A stretch of 13,008 nucleotides of DNA from Bdellovibrionota bacterium (GTDB lineage: Bacteria; Bdellovibrionota_C; UBA2361; OMII01). Below, in pieces: positions 7,331-13,008 of this stretch. Both the position numbers and the translations under genes were made by a program. Positions within the stretch are counted from its first letter, which is position 1. Each line of letters starts with the position of its first letter. The stretch covers positions 1 through 13,008 of the forward strand of contig JBIKWQ010000082.1 of NCBI GenBank assembly GCA_044356215.1, written 5' to 3'. The notes beneath the pieces are model-generated. The model was given only the letters and a program-made list of their open reading frames with translations, did no database searches and was not told the DNA's origin.

Positions 7331-9051
7331 GGACGTTTTTTGATGAGAATGATCTAGATTCTCTGCATCCTTTCGCCGCGCTAAGCGATCAATCGGGTAA
7401 TGTTCTTTGGATGGGCCGGTCCCTGAGTAAACTGGCTCCTAGTCTAAAGATAGGCGTGTCAATTTGGGAGAGCCTGGAGTTGATCCAGCCAACTTGGCAA
7501 ATTAAAAACATAGAGCTTTCTGAACTAGTCGGTGAGTTGATTACATTAGTAGCGACTAATTCAAAAGAGTGCAGACTTCGTGGGCATATCATGCGCCTGT
7601 CGGCGTTTCCTGATGGGTATTTTTTCGCGCTCCATTCAGCGCTCAATCCATCGCAACTCTCGCTTATTCAGAGGCTGGATATATCTGATTTTGTGCTTGG
7701 AGATCCAGTTTTCGATTTTATGCTTCTGGCGCGCAGTCTAGAGGTCTCTAATGAGCGATTGGCTCTGGCAAATTCAGAGTTGAAGCTCGACGTTAAGCTA
7801 ACTAACACACTAAGAGATTTGGCGCATGCGGTATACCTAAAGGGTACGGAGGACTCCATTTATTCTGAATGTTTTGAGAAGCTCTCTAATGTCTTGGGGT
7901 GGGATATCTGCCATGTAGTGTTTGCTTCAGGCGATAGTCGAGATCTAAGGTCGAGTGATATATGGAAAGGTTCTGACCCACGGATCTTAAAAGCTTTCAA
8001 GGACTATTCTGAAAGGTTTCTCCAGGAATCACTTAACGAAATACCCGCCGAGGCGTGTAAGGAGTATAAGGTCAGTTGGGTCTCTGAGTATTCTTCTACG
8101 CGAGGCTTCAAGAGAAGCGCTTCTTTGGGAACCGCCGAGAGCGGATGCGCGGTTTGGGTTCCTATTGTAATTGACGGTAAACTAGTCGCGGTAATTGAGC
8201 TTTTTAGCTTAAAACAACACATTTACTCTGATACTTACCTGCACTTCTTTAACCTTCTCGGAATGCAGCTCGCCAGGGCCATTGAACACGTTCGGTGGCA
8301 TCACGCGGAGCGCGAAAGAATAGCTCAGTTGGCGCAAGCAGCCAAAATGGCGACTCTTGGTCAGATAGCGGCCGGAGTAGCTCATGAGATTAGCAATCCG
8401 ATATCAGTTGTTTCGTTAGTCTCAAGTATTCTGAAACAATCCGCGAAGTCGGGTGGCCATACAAAAGAGCTTTTAGATGCACAGGCCGCTAGGCTCGATC
8501 GCTGCGTTAAAAGGGTGGAAACGATCGTCGCTGAGCTAAAGGTCTTCTCTCGAGATGCATCGCGAGATCCGATGCGCATGGAGTCTCTTAAGAAGATTCT
8601 AGATGAGACCGTTGACCTGTGTGGGGCTAGTTTTAGCGCACAGCGCATAAAAATAATTCGTGATGAGGTTCCCGAGGATTGGATGGTATTCTGCCGTGCT
8701 CCTCAGTTGATGCAGGTTGTTTTAAACCTTCTCTCCAACGCCTATGATGCTGTATCTGAAAGCGAGGATAAATGGGTCAAAGTGGAGGTGAGTCAGATCG
8801 CGAATGGCTATGAGATCGCCGTTACTGACTCAGGGATGGGAATTCCCGTGGAACTCCGGGATAAGATCATGGATCCATTTTTTACCACAAAGGCCGCGGG
8901 TAAAGGGACTGGATTAGGGTTAAGTATCTCAGCAAATATTATGGTCGACCACGGAGGAAAGCTCTTCTTAGATGGCTCAACGGAACGGACTCGCTTTGTT
9001 GTAAGAGTACCTAAAACTCTTCCGGTTGATACGGCGGCGAATAGCTGCTGA
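7327..9051 (+). CDS. Cytoplasmic sensor histidine kinase: HNOBA/PAS, coiled coil, GAF, HisKA, HATPase
   Basis: The N-terminal HPF...GRSL...LRGHIM...LDISDFVLGDPVFD resembles HNOBA. GAF end VPIVIDGKLVAVIELF. H-box AHEISNP (His353), N-box QVVLNLLSNA, G1 DSGMGI, F-box PFFTTK and G2 GTGLGL. GTGA overlap with hnoX. No obvious TM helix. Confidence 0.93.
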   Translation: MRTFFDENDLDSLHPFAALSDQSGNVLWMGRSLSKLAPSLKIGVSIWESLELIQPTWQIKNIELSELVGELITLVATNSKECRLRGHIMRLSAFPDGYFFALHSALNPSQLSLIQRLDISDFVLGDPVFDFMLLARSLEVSNERLALANSELKLDVKLTNTLRDLAHAVYLKGTEDSIYSECFEKLSNVLGWDICHVVFASGDSRDLRSSDIWKGSDPRILKAFKDYSERFLQESLNEIPAEACKEYKVSWVSEYSSTRGFKRSASLGTAESGCAVWVPIVIDGKLVAVIELFSLKQHIYSDTYLHFFNLLGMQLARAIEHVRWHHAERERIAQLAQAAKMATLGQIAAGVAHEISNPISVVSLVSSILKQSAKSGGHTKELLDAQAARLDRCVKRVETIVAELKVFSRDASRDPMRMESLKKILDETVDLCGASFSAQRIKIIRDEVPEDWMVFCRAPQLMQVVLNLLSNAYDAVSESEDKWVKVEVSQIANGYEIAVTDSGMGIPVELRDKIMDPFFTTKAAGKGTGLGLSISANIMVDHGGKLFLDGSTERTRFVVRVPKTLPVDTAANSC

Positions 9052-9059
9052 GACGATGC

Positions 9060-9112
9060 AAAACCTCGTATACGCGAGTTTTTTCTCGGTAACGGCGCTG
9101 ATCGCGCCGTTT
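9060..9112. terminator. Two adjacent hairpins between convergent genes (probable terminators)
   Basis: CTCG-tatacg-CGAG followed by T6 (9065-9084), and a perfect 8-bp stem AACGGCGC-tgatc-GCGCCGTT (9091-9111). Confidence 0.5.
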
Positions 9113-9156
9113 GAGGGATGAAATTACGATGTTTAACCCGCCGCTTTTCCCTAAAT

Positions 9157-10086
9157 TTACTCGATCTCTCGCGGCACCCCATCTCCGCGCCGCCAGATAG
9201 CAGCTACATCATCGGGCTCGTAGCTATCAGTTGATATCCCTACTGAGCTAATCATATTAAATACATCTTCTAGGGTAGGGGATTCATATGGCCAGGGGGT
9301 GTCAAATGGATCCTTGTCCTGATTGTGGGCTTCCAGAAAGAACTGACCGCTACGCGCTCCTAATTTTATCGGCTGATGAATAATTTTTACCGGTGTTCCA
9401 ACAGTCACTAAGTTAAATAGTTTCTCAATATCCTCTGGATACATTCGGATACAGCCGTGACTTACACGCATTCCTATTCCAAAGGATCTAGAGTCATCTG
9501 TGCCGTGGATCAGATATCGTGGGATGCCAAGACGGAGAGCATACCGTCCAAGTGGATTCATCGGATCTCCTGGAGCCACGGCGCTGGGTAAATGCTCTCC
9601 TTCTAATTCATGTTCCTGAATTATAGATTGAGGAGGATACCATGCGGGATCCCTCTGCTTGGCGGTGATTGATGTGAGGCCCAAAGGTGTGCGCCAGGCG
9701 ATGTCTCCTGCGCTGATCGGAAAGGTATGCACGGTCCTCCCGTGAGGTGGATAGAAATAAAGTCGTAGCTCAGCTAGATTCAAGACGATCCCCCGCCGCG
9801 GGGAGTCCGGGAGGATATAGAGCGCCGGTATCAACACAGAGCTTCCCGGAGTTGGCAGCCAACGGTCCTGCTGTGGGTTCGACGCGATAATCTGATCGTA
9901 TCCTATATCGTGTCGACGCGCGATATCGAGCAGGGTTTCACCAGGAAGCACTGTTGTTGTGTAGAGCTTGCCGATCACGTTATCGGCGGATGAGGTGGGA
10001 AGATCAAACTCCTCCGCATATACCTTCATTCCGCCGATGCCCGTCAGTAGAGCGATGTATATCAGCGCCCAATGCCAGACGCGCAT
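9157..10086 (-). CDS. L,D-transpeptidase (ErfK/YbiS/YcfS family) with LysM-like domain
   Basis: Signal peptide, GETLLDIARRHDIG, GIVLNLAELRLYF, NPLGRYALRL and the catalytic IHGT...GMRVSHGCIRM. Confidence 0.96.
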   Translation of the reverse strand: MRVWHWALIYIALLTGIGGMKVYAEEFDLPTSSADNVIGKLYTTTVLPGETLLDIARRHDIGYDQIIASNPQQDRWLPTPGSSVLIPALYILPDSPRRGIVLNLAELRLYFYPPHGRTVHTFPISAGDIAWRTPLGLTSITAKQRDPAWYPPQSIIQEHELEGEHLPSAVAPGDPMNPLGRYALRLGIPRYLIHGTDDSRSFGIGMRVSHGCIRMYPEDIEKLFNLVTVGTPVKIIHQPIKLGARSGQFFLEAHNQDKDPFDTPWPYESPTLEDVFNMISSVGISTDSYEPDDVAAIWRRGDGVPREIE

Positions 10087-10100
10087 ATCGAGATCTGACG

Positions 10101-10319
10101 CTACTTACGCATCGAGTGTCTAAAGCCACGATTAAGCATCTCCTCATTTCGCTCAGAGCGGCGATTGGCCTCCTCAGCGATCGTAAGAGCTCGATCAGCG
10201 ACACGACGTGTCTCGGTCACTTCGTTGCGAACCGTGTTAACCTCTGAGTGCGTTGCACATCCGGTAATTGAGATAGTAGCAAGAGCGACAGTTAGAGCAG
10301 TTATTTTGTGTATAAGCAT
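10101..10319 (-). CDS. Lpp/OprI-family alanine-zipper outer-membrane lipoprotein
   Basis: Lipobox ITGC (Cys21), helical body AEEANRRSER and C-terminus SMRK. Lies immediately upstream of the L,D-transpeptidase. GGGGG SD. Confidence 0.85.
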   Translation of the reverse strand: MLIHKITALTVALATISITGCATHSEVNTVRNEVTETRRVADRALTIAEEANRRSERNEEMLNRGFRHSMRK

Positions 10320-10403
10320 AGTTAAGTACCCCCAGAAAAATATTGAAGGTATTCTAGCGTGAAATTGTTGCGGTGGGGGTGTTGGTGATCAGGGATGGAT
10401 GCA

Positions 10404-10961
10404 CTAAATCGCAATCCGCTGCAATTCAGCCAGCAGCTCCGGAAACCGAGTATACCCCGTCTCTGAATTTAGATGCCCAGCGCCTGGAATAACTATCGGC
10501 TGAACCTCCAATTCTCTCGCTATCGTAAGAAGTTGCTCCTGCGGAACGTACTGGTCATCGTCTCCCATAAAATAGCTGAGCTCTCCGGCATTAGCGCGGA
10601 TCGCGCTCCAGTTAAATGGGTGATCTAGAAAAGATGAATTTAAAGTATCTATCTCTGGCATCCCTATTTGACCGAGAGGCGGAGAGACGAGCACTGTTGC
10701 CTTCACAGGATGCTCTAATTTTTCTAGGATCCGCATACAGAGAACAGCACCCAGGCTGTGACCTATAAGAATCGTTTGCTGATCTATCGGTGGACACTGC
10801 TGATTAAAAGCAGCTAACCATGATCTTAGTGAGTGATTCTGTGGTGACGGCAAAGTGGGCACATAAGTGGGGATGCCGTTCTCGATTAACTGAGTCGAGA
10901 GCCAAGGAAACCAGTTGCCTGCTGGGGATCCCATGGTTCCGTGGCAGATTATGGCGTGCAT
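10404..10961 (-). CDS. RBBP9/YdeN-family alpha/beta serine hydrolase
   Basis: HG...NWFPWL, nucleophile elbow GHSLG, DDQYVP and GAGHLN (Ser-Asp-His triad). 185 aa. Confidence 0.93.
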   Translation of the reverse strand: MHAIICHGTMGSPAGNWFPWLSTQLIENGIPTYVPTLPSPQNHSLRSWLAAFNQQCPPIDQQTILIGHSLGAVLCMRILEKLEHPVKATVLVSPPLGQIGMPEIDTLNSSFLDHPFNWSAIRANAGELSYFMGDDDQYVPQEQLLTIARELEVQPIVIPGAGHLNSETGYTRFPELLAELQRIAI

Positions 10962-10978
10962 AAGAGAGAGAAAAAAAG

Positions 10979-12349
10979 TTAGTGAAAGGTTAGTTGGAGG
11001 GTAACACTAATCGCTAAAAGCAGGAATGAAATAAGCAGAACCGGATTAAAGTTAGTTTTCCGATGAAGAAGAGGCTGTAAAGCATAGGCGCCAAAACCGA
11101 CAAGCATGGCCTTATCAAGCGAGAAGGTCAAAAAGGTTATGACCGCCATAACAATACCGACTATAAGGTCAAATCTTTCGAAGTTCTCCTTGGGTAATAA
11201 AGCGTACCCTACATAAACTAGGACGCCAGATGTCGCCACCACCGGCACAAGAGAAACTAGGGGAGTAAATACTAAGCTTGCTAGCATCAGAACTCCGCAT
11301 GTAATCGCGACGATACCGGTGCGCCCGCCAGCATGTATACCTATCGCGCTCTCGACATACGTAATGACACTCGTTGTGCCGAGCAGCGCCCCTCCTATTG
11401 TTCCGATACCATCGACATACATGGCCTTCTCTAAGCCAATAACGCCCTGATCTTTAGAGCGCAGATTCGTCGCGGCAGTCAGCCCAATAAATTTGCCTAT
11501 GCTTCCGTAGAAGTCGATTAGAAATAGGACTAAAAATACCGTTAAAGTGGATCCGTTAATAAACGGCCACCAATCGAGCTCTCCGACTCCGCGAAGCATG
11601 CTTGTTGAAAAACTCGTCGTAGTATCAGCAGAGATACCAGCGCTCACACAAAAGAGAGTACTAATTATTATCGCGATTAAGAATGAGCTGCCGCTTAATA
11701 ATCGCGCTCCAAAGGAAGCGGAATTAACGAAGAGACGCAGAGTCACGCACACCGCTAGTCCGATGTAGAGAGTTATCGCCTCTGGAGTTGCCAAGGAACC
11801 GAAGGCGGATGGAAAGCCCCGGTCAAATACTACTAGCTTCGCTAGAAAGAGGCCGATCGTTACAACAAAAACTCCGACGCTAAGAGCCAGATTAGATTGA
11901 AGTCCAAGGGGAATAGAGCGAATAATCAGTCCGCGTATTGGCAGCCAAGTTAGCAGCACGCACAACACTCCCGACCAGAACACGGCTCCGAGTGCCTGAC
12001 CAACCGATAGCCCCATGATCCCGATAGCGGAGAACGCCACGAATCCGTTCATCTCAAGACCTGGAGCCAGAGCGAAGGGGAGGCGGGCCCATAGACCCAT
12101 CAGAATAGATGTTAGTCCTGAGGCTATAGCTGTGGCGAAAAGAACCGAGCCAGCGTCGAATCCCCCTTTGGCTAGGATAGCTGGGTTTACCACGAGTATA
12201 TACGCGAGGCTAAAGTAAAGAGACACTCCAGCCATGATCTCAGTTCTTAGCGAGCTGCCCCGAGAGGTGACCTGAAAGAATTGATCCCAGCAAGGCGGTT
12301 GGATGGTTTTTGGGGTGGACGGTTCAGTGCTAGAATTCATGGGTCGCAT
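10979..12349 (-). CDS. NCS2-family (AzgA/PbuG-like) nucleobase permease, divergent
   Basis: Multiple hydrophobic segments, with motifs RTEIMAG, AYILVVNPAIL, PFALAPG and YVESAIGIHAGGRTG. SD AGGA before the ATG at 12349. Confidence 0.92.
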   Translation of the reverse strand: MRPMNSSTEPSTPKTIQPPCWDQFFQVTSRGSSLRTEIMAGVSLYFSLAYILVVNPAILAKGGFDAGSVLFATAIASGLTSILMGLWARLPFALAPGLEMNGFVAFSAIGIMGLSVGQALGAVFWSGVLCVLLTWLPIRGLIIRSIPLGLQSNLALSVGVFVVTIGLFLAKLVVFDRGFPSAFGSLATPEAITLYIGLAVCVTLRLFVNSASFGARLLSGSSFLIAIIISTLFCVSAGISADTTTSFSTSMLRGVGELDWWPFINGSTLTVFLVLFLIDFYGSIGKFIGLTAATNLRSKDQGVIGLEKAMYVDGIGTIGGALLGTTSVITYVESAIGIHAGGRTGIVAITCGVLMLASLVFTPLVSLVPVVATSGVLVYVGYALLPKENFERFDLIVGIVMAVITFLTFSLDKAMLVGFGAYALQPLLHRKTNFNPVLLISFLLLAISVTLQLTFH

Positions 12350-12467
12350 AAAATTATCCTAAAAAGGGCCACTAAGAAAGCGGGGCTAAACTCCTCCCTA
12401 CGGCGAAAGCGTATCTTGAGCTGCTTTTTGAATTTTAGTGACGAGAAAAAATCCTTAATTTATCGCA

Positions 12468-12515
12468 GAGTTCGACGAGCTCGGTTCGACTGAGCTCGCC
12501 GAAGTCAGCCGAGCC
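12468..12515. repeat. Nested REP-like palindromes: a 24-nt unit inside an inverted copy of itself
   Basis: The inner unit is GGTTCGACTGAGCTCGCCGAAGTC (12483-12506). The joined flanks, reverse-complemented, give GGCTCGGCTGAGCTCGTCGAACTC (20/24 identical). Confidence 0.7.
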
Positions 12516-12531
12516 GTGGATACATCTCCGT

Positions 12532-12591
12532 CCTTTGCTAAGGCTAGGATCGGCGAGGCTTTTGTCGGACCGGCAGTAGCCATGGCGTAGT
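12532..12591. repeat. Degenerate inverted pair of a second REP-like unit
   Basis: CCTTTGCTAAGGCTAGGATCGG (12532-12553) versus the reverse complement of 12570-12591, ACTACGCCATGGCTACTGCCGG (13/22 identical, shared GC-n-A-n-GGCTA core). Confidence 0.45.
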
Positions 12592-12681
12592 CAGTGCGGT
12601 TTTTTCTCGCTGATAAATATTCTTAAGTACGCTACAGTTAGAGTGGCCTTTATTTGTACCCCTCGCTATCGAGATTGTATT

Positions 12682-12960
12682 ATGAACAAGCCTAAGATAA
12701 TAAATGTGTACTTTAAGGAAGAAGATTACACACTGATCCGTGAAATAACCAAGTTGTACAAAATCTCTGTGGCGGAATGGATGAGAAGAATCGCGCTTAG
12801 GGAGGCAGAACGCGATCGTAATCTAATAGAAAAGAAGCTTGAGCCTGAAGAGGCCCTAGCAGCGATCTCCAGAATGAATTTACCGGTAGGCCCAGCGCGT
12901 ACAATGACTAGGGAAGGCCGGCAAAACCTACCCGTAGCGAGAAAGTGGAGGTTGAGTTGA
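12682..12960 (+). CDS. Ribbon-helix-helix (CopG-like) protein, probable type II antitoxin (VapB-like)
   Basis: Beta strand IINVYF, helix EEDYTLIREIT, turn and helix SVAEWMRRIAL give the RHH pattern. Tail ALAAISRMNLPV. The ATG at 12682 is preferred over the GTG at 12643. Confidence 0.65.
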   Translation: MNKPKIINVYFKEEDYTLIREITKLYKISVAEWMRRIALREAERDRNLIEKKLEPEEALAAISRMNLPVGPARTMTREGRQNLPVARKWRLS

Positions 12961-13008
12961 TATTCGATTTTCGAGATGGGAAAAAACCGCAAGTGTATCC
13001 CCTGTGAT

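Noticed and set aside
6350..12493. Short ORFs 6350-6571, 7389-7646, 7668-7859, 8004-8222, 8382-8648, 8808-9182, 9954-10247, 10004-10204, 10165-10362, 10612-10797, 11547-11768, 12015-12218 and 12281-12493
   Set aside because: They overlap confident CDSs on the other strand or frame and show no family features.
12350..12640. Canonical purine riboswitch upstream of the NCS2 permease
   Set aside because: The UAUAAU...AUAUGG...UUUCUACC...CCGUAAA core is not visible on the minus strand.
12726..12992. 88-aa minus-strand ORF as a possible toxin
   Set aside because: Antisense shadow of the RHH gene, with no TM helix or toxin motif.
12978..13008. GGGAAAAAACCG and GTGTATCCCC resembling type I-E CRISPR repeat ends
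   Set aside because: The pieces are in the wrong order for one repeat, only 3 nt apart, non-periodic, and there are no cas genes in the window.

Overview
A roughly 50% GC bacterial chromosomal window made mostly of housekeeping and envelope genes, with mobile-DNA debris at both ends. Left edge: the 3' end of an IS630-family element (not in the ORF track) abuts, at a TA dinucleotide, the C-terminal third of an arginase-family gene it appears to interrupt. Minus-strand block: methylmalonyl-CoA epimerase, a Cys-rich secreted hypothetical protein, purE, purK, an atypical YceI-like protein and sua5. Next come thiL (+), a SIMPL/DUF541 protein (-) and a translationally coupled gas-sensing pair (+): an sGC/Nostoc-like H-NOX and a soluble HNOBA-GAF-histidine kinase, with no response regulator in the window. 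Further minus-strand genes encode a LysM L,D-transpeptidase, an Lpp/OprI-like lipoprotein ending in Lys, a YdeN-like hydrolase and an AzgA-type NCS2 permease with altered binding-site motifs. The right end holds a cluster of REP-like palindromes (one nested inside an inverted copy of itself) and an RHH antitoxin-like gene, flanked by a 12-bp inverted repeat, whose coupled downstream ORF stops after 16 codons. I see no clearly new multi-gene system. The H-NOX/HNOBA module, the variant permease, the IS-split arginase and the nested repeat most deserve follow-up. All family calls rest on motif recognition by eye, without database searches.
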